Source of the DNA: a virus
DNA: 36,614 nt
Reading direction: 5' to 3' (one strand)
Virus record (IMG/VR): IMGVR_UViG_3300018026_000029
The position numbers were made by a program, and so were the translations under genes. Positions 1-8,900 of the stretch are shown here, piece after piece (the stretch's first letter is position 1; each line of letters opens with the position of its first letter). Below the pieces are notes generated by a model. It did not search any database, was not told the DNA's origin, and saw only the letters and a program-made list of their open reading frames with translations.

Positions 1-900
1 ACCGCCCAGGAGCTTTACCTCTCCCACTACCCCAAGGAGTGGGGGCAGGACAGGCTGGGGGACTGCTACGAGGCCGCCCTGGACAGCCTGAGGGGGAAGG
101 TCGAGGAGCACCAGGGGGAGACCAAGCAGGCAGGGGAGCGCCATGGCGGGCCAGTGCCTACAAGGGAAGAGGCGGAGAAGGTACGCAGGTTCCTTCAGGA
201 GCGGATTGGCCCCTCCGCAAAGGTGATGGTGGTAGGCTCTACGGCCGGGGGAACACAGGGCCCGGGCTCCGACATAGATATCCTCCTGATGCCCCCCGAG
301 GGGGTCAATGTCAACGACTGGTGGATTGAGGAGCCCCTGAACATAGAGCGGGCGATGACGGAGATGGGGTATAGGTTCGACCATTCCCCGATGACGGCCG
401 AGGTGCAGTGCGAGGTCTACCAGCACAAGGCAACGGGCATAGAGGTAGACCTGTTCTATGGGGAGCCGTGGAAGGGTGCCTCCATCTGGAAGCAGGGAGA
501 GGAAAACATGGACAGGAAAACAGCAGGCGAGGAGGCAAGGCTCCTGGAGTCTATCCGGGGCACGGACAAGGACATGGCTGGGTCGAAGCTGTCGGGCTTC
601 TGGCACGATGGCCCGGCGACCTGCATGGACTGCGTCCACAGGACCCCCCACTCCCAGAGGAAGGACGGCACGCAGGCAGACTCCTGCAAGCACCCCGTGG
701 TCATGGCGGACCCGGAAGTCCAGGACAAGAAGCTACCGGACGGTACTATAGAGGTCGATGCCGACGACTGGTGCAGGTTCGCCAGGAAGCCCCAGAAGGG
801 GGGCGGGGGGGAGGAGAAGGCCAGCGGCCAGCCCGAGAAGCCTCCCCGCAAGGCGAGCATCGGCTCTATCTACATGAAAGTACTGGGCTCTATGGACTAG
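1..900 (+). CDS. Pol-beta-superfamily nucleotidyltransferase (minimal NTase fold) with a C-terminal Cys/His cluster. The frame is open from nt 1, so the gene may be 5'-partial. The first in-window start is GTG at 154.
   Basis: Translation has the NTase signature 'VMVVGSTAGGTQGPGSDIDILLM' (hG[GS] followed by DxD) and a later acidic strand 'IEVDLFYGE'. Downstream is a Cys/His cluster 'CMDCVH...CKH'. Frame 1 has no stop codon between nt 1 and 154. Confidence 0.6.
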   Translation, partial: TAQELYLSHYPKEWGQDRLGDCYEAALDSLRGKVEEHQGETKQAGERHGGPVPTREEAEKVRRFLQERIGPSAKVMVVGSTAGGTQGPGSDIDILLMPPEGVNVNDWWIEEPLNIERAMTEMGYRFDHSPMTAEVQCEVYQHKATGIEVDLFYGEPWKGASIWKQGEENMDRKTAGEEARLLESIRGTDKDMAGSKLSGFWHDGPATCMDCVHRTPHSQRKDGTQADSCKHPVVMADPEVQDKKLPDGTIEVDADDWCRFARKPQKGGGGEEKASGQPEKPPRKASIGSIYMKVLGSMD

Positions 901-946
901 GGAGCAACCCTCCGTCAGGCAGTAACATCCACTAGGAAGGTGCAGG

Positions 947-1237
947 ATGGGCGGCAAGCCTAAGGGGGTAACCATAAGGGGGGTAAGGTTCCGCCCAGGG
1001 GAGGTGGACTGGGAGGATGCCCATGGCGTCTCCAGGGACGCCCTTCCCGACTTCGATGCCATCCGCAACGGCGCTACCGGCTTCGTAGGGGCCAAGATAA
1101 CCTCCGCAGGCCTGATAGGCAAGGTAGGCAACTACCTTATAGTCATCACGGAGTATGACGCCGGTGACCTGGAGTCCACGGAGTTCGACTACACCCTCAT
1201 CCCGCTCCGCCCCAAGACCGCAGTCCGCTACCACTAG
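947..1237 (+). CDS. Hypothetical 96-aa protein.
   Basis: ORF with an ATG preceded by GGAAGG. It is co-directional in the operon and has normal amino-acid composition. Confidence 0.45.
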   Translation: MGGKPKGVTIRGVRFRPGEVDWEDAHGVSRDALPDFDAIRNGATGFVGAKITSAGLIGKVGNYLIVITEYDAGDLESTEFDYTLIPLRPKTAVRYH

Positions 1238-1309
1238 GCATCTCCTAGACTTTCCATTTCTTAACCAGGGGGCACCCTGGCCGCAAGGAGGCACCCCCAT
1301 ACCTTTGGC

Positions 1310-3253
1310 GTGCAAGGGCAACGGATGTCCCCGAACCTTAACCCGCTCCTGATACCCAGAAGAAGGGCAGCCCCGCCGCCCGCTGGCCCGCTGCCGGGGT
1401 TCGTGCCCCTGGGCTATGACTCCAAGACAGCATGGGAGGAAGTCTCCCTCTCGGAGCCTGCATACCACCTGCTCGGCGGCATCCTGGAGAGCGATAAGGA
1501 CATAGCGTCCTGGCTGTCCAACGAGCAGGCGGAGGACGCCCCTGCCATCATGGGCCTCCTTTCCGGCAAGAGGATAGCCGTCATAGACATGGTCCGTGTG
1601 GCCTATGACAGGAGGGGGGAGGGGCTCGGGGCCAAGGCATTCAACCGCCTCCTGTGGAGGGCCAGGCGGGCCAAGTGCGATGCCATACTCCTGCTGTCCG
1701 GCGTCTATGAGAAGCAGCGTAGGGGCTTTAACATAACCAAGTTCTGGGAGGCAAGGGGGTTCGAGAGGATAGGGCAGACAGTCGGGGCAGTGGACAAGGG
1801 CGAGAAGCCCCGTAAGCTGCCCCTTATGGTACGCTGGCTCAAGCCTCTTCCCAAGACCGCCAAGCTGATAGAGTACGGCCAGCTCAAGAACATCCTCAGC
1901 GAGCTGATGGCGGACGTGGAGGGTAACCTCCCCACGCCTGACCTCAGGATTGTAAGCCATACCCGCCCTACCTGGGGGGGAAGGTGCCTGTGGACGCTCG
2001 GCAACCCCAACACTGTAATAGAGATACAGAAGTCCGTCACCGCCGACGAGAGGAGCTTCCGGCGCATCCTGGCCCACGAGCTTTGCCACCACGAGCAGTA
2101 CCTCGTCTACTGGTCCGTGTACACCCCCCGGAACTTCAAGTTCATGACCAGACTGGAGGGGGGGCACGGCAGGGTTTTCCGCAAGATAATGGACAGGTGG
2201 AACGCCAGGCACGGCAAGGGCTTCGTCACCGTCACCTCGGACAAGGACATCCTGTACGAGTTCGAGAGCAAGCCCTTCTTCGTCTTCGTCCAGCGCTTCC
2301 TCGGCGGCCGCCCCATATGGCAGGCCTCCATCCGCCTGACCGACAGGCAGCTCAGGTTCATGTCCGGCAAGAGGCAGGGGGACTACAAGCTGGTCCAGAC
2401 CGACGACCGCAGGTTCATAAACGCCCCGGTGATAGGCTCCGGCAAGGGATGGCAGTACATCCCCGTGGAGGAGCACGAGTGGGAGGAGGCCGCCATCAGG
2501 CTATGGGAGCAGCCCGACCTGCGCATGCGGTGGGACGCCAAGCCCCCCGCCACCAAGGAGGAGGAGCAGGCGCTCCAGAGGCAGAGGGACGAGGAGGAGA
2601 GGGAGGCCCGCAGGAGGCGCTACGAGGAGCTGGCCGCCAGCATAGGGAGGCACGGTATGCCCCCCACCACGGCAGCCAGCAGGGACACCGCCCCTACCCC
2701 CGAGGTCCTGGAGGAGGCGAGGCAGATAAGGGCGGAGGAGAGGGAGGGGGACAGCAGCAGCGCCCAGCTCATGGCGGGCAACTGCGGCAATACCGCCACG
2801 GCCGCCGCCGACAGGTTCGGCTGGGACATAGAGTCGGGCATCTACATCCACGAGGGCAGGGGGCAGGACCATACCTGGAACATCCTGGCGGACGGGACGG
2901 TAGTGGACATATCCCATGACCGGTTCGGGGAGCCGGACATCGCCGTCGCCAGGCCGGGCACCACGGAGCACGCCCGCTACCACCCGTACTGCTGGGCCTA
3001 CAAGCCCCAGGAGGAGGCGGACGCCTGCCCGGTGTGCAACCCGCCTGGCGCGATGGCCAAGGATATGGCCAAGGCAGGGGACTCCCACAAGCAGACCCCG
3101 CACAGGGAGAACGAGTTCCCCGACCTGGACGAGGGCGAGGCCGTCGGGGGGTACGGTACCCAGCCCGAGTGTGTCGAGGGCAACAGGACGGGTCTGGGCA
3201 TCGAGGAGCTGGCGAGGCAGGTGGAGATGACGGAGGTGCTGGATGGGACATAG
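1310..3253 (+). CDS. Three-enzyme fusion protein: N-terminal GNAT-type acetyltransferase, SprT/WLM-like zinc metalloprotease, and C-terminal transglutaminase-like Cys-His-Asp protease core followed by a zinc ribbon.
   Basis: GNAT motif A: 'VRVAYDRRGEGLGAKAFNRLL'. SprT-like HExxH: 'RRILAHELCHHEQY'. A charged linker 'EEEQALQRQRDEEEREARRRRYEE' separates the domains. TGase-like core: 'GNCGNTATAAA' (GxCxxxA), then 'HTWNILADGTVVDISHD' (His, Asp). Zinc ribbon: 'CPVCNPPG'. Confidence 0.7.
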   Translation: MQGQRMSPNLNPLLIPRRRAAPPPAGPLPGFVPLGYDSKTAWEEVSLSEPAYHLLGGILESDKDIASWLSNEQAEDAPAIMGLLSGKRIAVIDMVRVAYDRRGEGLGAKAFNRLLWRARRAKCDAILLLSGVYEKQRRGFNITKFWEARGFERIGQTVGAVDKGEKPRKLPLMVRWLKPLPKTAKLIEYGQLKNILSELMADVEGNLPTPDLRIVSHTRPTWGGRCLWTLGNPNTVIEIQKSVTADERSFRRILAHELCHHEQYLVYWSVYTPRNFKFMTRLEGGHGRVFRKIMDRWNARHGKGFVTVTSDKDILYEFESKPFFVFVQRFLGGRPIWQASIRLTDRQLRFMSGKRQGDYKLVQTDDRRFINAPVIGSGKGWQYIPVEEHEWEEAAIRLWEQPDLRMRWDAKPPATKEEEQALQRQRDEEEREARRRRYEELAASIGRHGMPPTTAASRDTAPTPEVLEEARQIRAEEREGDSSSAQLMAGNCGNTATAAADRFGWDIESGIYIHEGRGQDHTWNILADGTVVDISHDRFGEPDIAVARPGTTEHARYHPYCWAYKPQEEADACPVCNPPGAMAKDMAKAGDSHKQTPHRENEFPDLDEGEAVGGYGTQPECVEGNRTGLGIEELARQVEMTEVLDGT

Positions 3254-5906
3254 CCCTGTTCCCGTTCCCAAGGAGGCGGTGGTGGGGCAGGTCTACCTCC
3301 TGCACTTCCTGGGGGAGGGCCTTGCCCACGGGGCGCAGGCCCGCACCCGGCACTACCTGGGGTGGTCCGAGGACGCGGAGTCCCACATAGCCCAGCACAT
3401 GCGCGGCACCTCCGGTGCCAGGCTGATGGAGGTAGTGAAGGAGCGCGGCATAACCTTCACCGTGGCAAGGGTCTGGGACAACGTCACGAGGGAGTGGGAG
3501 AGGAAGCTGAAGAACGCGGGCGGCCTGAGCCGCTGGTGCCCCGTCTGCAAGGCAGAGGGCACCATCCCGAAGTCGCGCCAGAGGACGAGGGCCGAGGTGC
3601 CTGCACCGCCCCCTGCACCGCCTACAGGCCCGGACTACGCGGGGCCCGAGGAGAGGGCGGGGGAGGACTTCGGCAAGGCCTCCGCATCTCACAGGCTCCC
3701 CAAGGGCGTGCGGGTCACCGTCAAGAGGGAGCGTCTGTCCGGCGGGAGCGACTGGTACATAGGGCACATCTGGAAGGACTACCAGTACGCGGGCCACTGC
3801 CCCGTCTATTCCGAGCTGCCGTCCAAGGCCCGGGAGGCGGCCATCGACTGGGCATGGCAGATGTTCCCGGAGGAGCACCCTGGCGGGGAAAAGGTAGCCT
3901 ATGACTACAAGCAGATGTTCCGTACCATCCTTTCCGAGCTGGGGGCCCTGGACAGGCTGGCGGCCCGCAAGGCCGACGTGGAGATAAGCGCCTGGGTAAA
4001 CTGGGCGAAGCGCGTCCTCCAGAAGCGCGACAGGATAACCTGGTTCCTCCGCCTCGGGCAGCTCAAGTGGGCGGACTACCTCGCCGATGCCTACCAGTGG
4101 TACAAGAGCCCTGGCTCCAGGGCGGAGGAGGCCAGGAAGTGGAAGGAGTGGATAAAGGCCAAGGCACAGCAGGAGGAGCCCCCTGCTACCCCGGAGGGGG
4201 CAGTCTCGACCCACATGGGGGCTGTCATGGCAAGGCTGGAGCACTACCTCAGCCTCCCCATCCCCGAGATACAGGGCACCGTCTTCCTGCGCCAGCAGCC
4301 AGGGGAGATACTGGACAGGTTCCATAGGCTGGAGAAGGACTGGAGGGACAGGCAGTCCCACCTCCTGAGGCCGCACCCGAGGGACGAGGGCAACGAGGCG
4401 GACGAGGGGGACGAGATAGTCCTGGAGTTCCCTGACGGCTGGGCATGGTGGAGGCTAGGCAGGTCTTACTGCCCCGAGGAGGCCCGTGCCATGGGCCACT
4501 GCGGGAACGAGGCCGCCGGGCCCGACAGGCCGGACGACCGTATCCTGAGCCTGAGGCATAAGGTAATCGTGAACAGGGAGACCTTCTGGGAGCCCCACCT
4601 CACGTTCATCTGGGACGATGACGGGCTGCTCGGCGAGATGAAGGGCAGGGGGAACGAGAAGCCTGCGCCGAGGTACCACCCCTATATCGTTGCCCTGCTC
4701 GAACGCAAGGACCTTGTCTTCGGGATAAAGGGCGGGGGCTACCTGCCGGGGAACAACTTCTCCCTGGAGGACCTGCCCCCGGAGCAGCAGGAGAGGGTGA
4801 AGAAGGCCAACCGCAGCCTGGTCAGCGCCTCGGAGATGTACAGCGAGTCCCGTGGCAGCATGACCGACGAGCTTCTCCAGAGGATTGCGGACAGGACCGT
4901 GCTCAGGAAGGACCAGTGGAGGCCGGAGGAGGAGGCCTTCGTGGTGGATAAGTACGCCAACCCGGAGTGGTTCATATCCACGGAGGGCAGCCCGTGGCTG
5001 GAGGCCCAGATGATGCTGGCCCGTGGGGGGTTCGGCAAGCACCCCAACCACCAGGTCGTGGAGGAGGGGATAAGGGACCTGCTCTCCGTCCTGGACGACA
5101 GGGAGAGGAGGGCGGTGCTGGAGAGGATGCCCCCGATTCCCGGGCCGCCCCTCCTCTCCCGTGCCCCCAGCCCCGATGCCCCCTGGCGCAGCGAGGACCT
5201 GCCCTCCCTGTTCATGGAGGAGAGGAACGACCATGCCCTGTGGTCGTACCTCAGGGGGGCGACACGGATACTCAGCGCCCCCGAGCAGCAGGGGGAGTAC
5301 GAGAAGCTCTGGGGGATACTGGCCGCCGCCTGGGAGGCAGGCATCACCAGGGAGATGCGCCAGGCGGCCCTGGACAGGGTAAGGGGCTTCCTGGGCAACA
5401 ACAGGCGGAACAATGTGCGCACCAACGATGCCTCCAGGGTAGCCTTCCCGGAGGCCAGCGACCCGGACTTCTGGAGCAAGCCCGTCCTGGTGGAGGTAAG
5501 TATCCAGGACGCCGTGCATCTTGCCTCCCCCTTCTCCCATGAGGAGTCAGGGTACTCCGGGGGCGAGGACACGGCCATCTACATCGACGACTACTGGGAG
5601 ACCAGCCACGGGGCCGTCCTGTACGATGCCAGCGCACCCTACAAGAAGCTCACCCTCCCCTCCGACCAGAAGAGGGACCTCGACCTCAAGATGGACAGGG
5701 AGTCCGAGGGCAGGGAGGGCAGGTCGGTCAGGCAATGGCACGAGGACTTCCTCAGGGGCCGCCCCTACGAGTACCTGCGCTGGCTGCGGGAGGAGGTACC
5801 GGCCATCTTCGAGCAGGAGATGACGCCGGAGGCATGGGACGAGGGGAAGGCCAGGGAGGCCCTGATGGTGATGCTCCCCAGCCTCCGCTCCCAGGGGAAG
5901 GGCTAG
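3243..5906 (+). CDS. 887-aa multidomain protein: N-terminal GIY-YIG-like nuclease domain, CxxC ribbon and Pro-rich linker, then copy 1 of the novel WAWW/MGHCGN module, then a ~350-aa tail of unknown function.
   Basis: GIY-YIG-like region: 'QVYLLHF...RHYLGWSED...HIAQH...REWERKLKN'. Zinc ribbon: 'CPVCK'. Linker: 'PAPPPAPPTGP'. Module hallmarks: 'YDYKQMFRT', 'DGWAWWRLGRSYCPEEARAMGHCGN', 'RILSLR', 'EPHLTFIWDDDG', 'LGEMKGRGNEKPAPRYHPYI', 'GGGYLPGNNFSLEDLP'. The ATG overlaps the previous stop by 11 nt. Confidence 0.7.
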   Translation: MGHSPVPVPKEAVVGQVYLLHFLGEGLAHGAQARTRHYLGWSEDAESHIAQHMRGTSGARLMEVVKERGITFTVARVWDNVTREWERKLKNAGGLSRWCPVCKAEGTIPKSRQRTRAEVPAPPPAPPTGPDYAGPEERAGEDFGKASASHRLPKGVRVTVKRERLSGGSDWYIGHIWKDYQYAGHCPVYSELPSKAREAAIDWAWQMFPEEHPGGEKVAYDYKQMFRTILSELGALDRLAARKADVEISAWVNWAKRVLQKRDRITWFLRLGQLKWADYLADAYQWYKSPGSRAEEARKWKEWIKAKAQQEEPPATPEGAVSTHMGAVMARLEHYLSLPIPEIQGTVFLRQQPGEILDRFHRLEKDWRDRQSHLLRPHPRDEGNEADEGDEIVLEFPDGWAWWRLGRSYCPEEARAMGHCGNEAAGPDRPDDRILSLRHKVIVNRETFWEPHLTFIWDDDGLLGEMKGRGNEKPAPRYHPYIVALLERKDLVFGIKGGGYLPGNNFSLEDLPPEQQERVKKANRSLVSASEMYSESRGSMTDELLQRIADRTVLRKDQWRPEEEAFVVDKYANPEWFISTEGSPWLEAQMMLARGGFGKHPNHQVVEEGIRDLLSVLDDRERRAVLERMPPIPGPPLLSRAPSPDAPWRSEDLPSLFMEERNDHALWSYLRGATRILSAPEQQGEYEKLWGILAAAWEAGITREMRQAALDRVRGFLGNNRRNNVRTNDASRVAFPEASDPDFWSKPVLVEVSIQDAVHLASPFSHEESGYSGGEDTAIYIDDYWETSHGAVLYDASAPYKKLTLPSDQKRDLDLKMDRESEGREGRSVRQWHEDFLRGRPYEYLRWLREEVPAIFEQEMTPEAWDEGKAREALMVMLPSLRSQGKG
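3898..4790 (+). repeat. Protein-level tandem module, copy 1 of 4 (YDYMEMF / WAWW / MGHCGN / EPHLTFI family).
   Basis: Shares an ordered set of conserved blocks with copies 2–4. It also shares short conserved DNA words with them, for example 'gactacaagcagatgttc', 'tgggcatggtgg' and 'gccatgggccactgcgggaac'. Confidence 0.6.
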
Positions 5907-8900
5907 ATGGAGAAGCTCTCCTACGACTACATGGAGATGTTCAGGGGCATACTCTCCGACTTCCCCGGCCAGCTAGAGCACCTGAGGAGGGAGGTCAAGT
6001 GGGCCAAGACCCTCCGCAAGCAGGACCGCATCACCTGGTTCCTGCGCTGGCTCAGGATAGCGGTATACGACGGCATAGCCCTTACCCTGCACGGGGACAG
6101 CGACCCGGCCAGGAGGGAGCTGTCCAGCAAGTACGCCCGCCTTATGGCCGCCGAGATGCAGCGGATAGGCTGGTCCGACAGGGACATGCTCTACATCAGC
6201 CTGCACAGCGCAAAGGACAGCATCGTACACTTCCTGGGCATCCCCTCCCCTGCCATCCAGAACCTTGTCTGGGGGAGGCAGACCCCCGCACAGCTACTAG
6301 GCAGCTTCGAGGAGGCGGAGAACGACTGGAAGGGGGCGGACAGCGACAGGGCGCTCGCCCCGCACGAGGACGACCAGGTAGCCCTGAGGTTCCCCAACGG
6401 CTGGGCGTGGTGGCTGCTGGGGAGGGGCTACTGCCCCGAGGAAGCCAAGGCGATGGGGCACTGCGGGAACGTGGCAGGGAGGGACCTGCCGGGGCAGCGC
6501 ATCCTGAGCCTCAGGCGTCCCGTCAAGGGCCCGGGCGGCCGGGAGGCCTGGGAGCCCCACCTTACCTTCATCCTGCATATTGCCCACAAGGCGCTGGGCG
6601 AGATGAAGGGGCGCGGCAACGAGAAGCCTGCCGCCAGGTACCATCCCTACATCGCTGCCCTCCTGGAGAGCCCCGTGGTGGAGGAGATATGGGGCGGGGG
6701 GTACCTGCCCGAGAACAACTTCAGCATGGCGGACCTGCCCAGGGACGTGCAGGAGGGCCTTGTCCAGAAGAAGCCCGCCCTGATGACCTTCAGGATGAGG
6801 CTGGCGAAGGAGGGTGCCCAGGGGCCGAGCGAGGAGCTGGTCAGGGACATCACCTGGAAGCTGAGCATGGGGGCTGACGACTGGTCGCCCAGGCTGCGGG
6901 CGTTCAGGATAGGCACCTGGAAGAGCGCCATAGACTTCGCGGGGCAGTTCGGCACGGAGGAGACAAGGCAGGTAATCCAGCTTGCGCTGGACGGGGAGGG
7001 CATACCGACCTCCTCCGATATGGGGGAGGACGAGTATGTCCTGGAGGCCCTGAGGGCCCTCTCCCCCGACAACCTGAAGAGGGTAGTAGACTACACCCGC
7101 TGGACGGACCCCAAGGCGCTGGAGTGGTGGGCCAAGAACCGGGGCAACCCGGATACCCCCGAGGGCATCGCCCAGATGATAGGGAGGATGGACCTTCCCA
7201 ATATCAGGACGAACCTCTATAGCTGCTGGTACAGGGGGATGAAGAACGGCACCGTCTTCCAGCTCCTCCATGCCTGCTGCAACGAGATAGAGAAGCTAAA
7301 CCCCGTCACCCCGGCAAGCACGGAGCTGGCATGGGGAGACCCGTCCCCCAGGGCCGTCCAGACATATACCCGCAGCCCGGACAGGCTCCTCCTGGCAACG
7401 CCCCTCTGGGAGACCGTGCCCCTGGAGTTCGCCGCAGCCGTGGCCGACGACGAGGAGAAGGACCCCAGGGAGATGCCCTACAGGTACGAGGAATGGTCGG
7501 GGCTAGAGCTGAAGGCTCCCCCGGACGGCTGGGGGGACTTCAGCAAGAGGACGGTGAACGAGGAGGCCAGGTTCTTCTTCCATACCGGGGACGGTATACC
7601 GGAGCAGCTTGCCAGCCTGGATATCGCCAAGGTAGCCTATGACTACATGGAGATGTTCCGTGGCTTCCTGGCAGACTTCCCGAGGTTCCAGCCCACGGTG
7701 ACCAACACCATAAGCTGGTGCAAGCGGGTCCTCAGGAAGCGCGACCGCATCACCTGGTGGCTGAGGCAGATGCGCCTCTTCTGGTACAACCTGGTAGCCG
7801 ACAAGGCCTCGGCCTGGCGCTATGCCCCTGCGACAAACTGGCCCGCCACGGAGGTTCCGGCCGACAACACGGCCATGATAGCGCTGGCAGACAAGTACCA
7901 GGCGCTCTTCGACAGGGAGGTGCGCTCCCTGGGTCCCCTAGGGCTCGCTGACCGGTCGAACTACCTGGACCTGGGGATGTTCGCCAACTCCAACCAGAGC
8001 ACGATGGAGCACCTGCTCAGCCTGCCCGTCCCAGAGATACAGAACCTCGTGTGGGAGAGGCAGACCAAGCAGGAGCTTTTCAGGACCCTCCTTAACTACG
8101 AGACGAAGTGGAAGGAGGAGAGCAAGGGGGTCCTCCGCCCCCGCCCAGGGGACAGGCCTGTCATTACCTTCGGGGACGGATGGGCATGGTGGCTCCTCGA
8201 CCGTGGGTACTGCGAGGAGGAGGCCCGTGCCATGGGCCACTGCGGGAACGTCAACGGGCAGAACCGCCCCTACGAGCGCATCCTCAGCCTGCGGAAGTCG
8301 GTGCGCAGGGGGGGCACGGAGTATTACGAGCCGCACCTGACGTTCATCCTCGACACCCGCGACAGCTCCCTGGGGGAGATGAAGGGCAAGGGTAACAACA
8401 AGCCCGCCCCCCAGTACCACCCCTATATCCTCAGGCTCCTGGAGAGCGACATAGTGAGCAAGGTGAAGGGCGGGGGCTACCTGCCGGAGCATAACTTCAG
8501 GCTGGGGGACCTCAGCGAGGAGCAGCGGGAGGAGCTTGCCCAGAGGAAGCCCTCCATGGCCGCCTTCTATATCCGCCTCAAGAGGGAGGGCCCCAGCCCG
8601 GCCCTGATAGCCGACATCGGCAGCGCCTTGCAGGTAGGGGGCTGGGACCCCGACCTCCAGGGGTACGTCATCAGGCAGTGGGAGAACATGTCCTCCCTGG
8701 CCGAGGACATAGGGAACGACACGGCGAAGTGGATAGCCAAGGTGGTGGGGGGCGGGGAGTTCAACCGACATGATAGCCCAGACTTCGAGTACGGCGACCG
8801 CTCGGAGGCCATGAAGATGGCACTGGGTGCCTGCTCCGACAAGACCCTTGACCTTGTGGTCAGGTGCCTTGCCTACAAGTACCCCACCAACCTGGTGGAG

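Noticed and set aside
1238-1309. Slightly AT-richer spacer with an AAGGAGG, considered as a promoter/RBS for the 647-aa gene.
   Set aside because: The Shine-Dalgarno sequence is 18 nt from the GTG at 1310 and 33 nt from the ATG at 1325. There is no convincing -35/-10 pair. I left it unannotated.
932-2476. 514-aa minus-strand ORF antisense to the GNAT/SprT gene. Other long antisense ORFs were treated the same way: 2769..4376, 4455..5540, 6297..7271, 11387..12607, 12800..13921, 14544..15926, 16017..16778, 17199..18164 and 18618..19925.
   Set aside because: Gly/Pro/Arg/Leu-dominated translations with no motifs. Each is fully contained within a motif-rich sense gene.
5904-5906. Possibility of a reassigned TAG codon (an alternative genetic code, as in some huge phages).
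   Set aside because: The five giant ORFs total about 6500 codons with no internal TAG, TGA or TAA, and they end at conventional stops. A recoded genome would show many in-frame stops.
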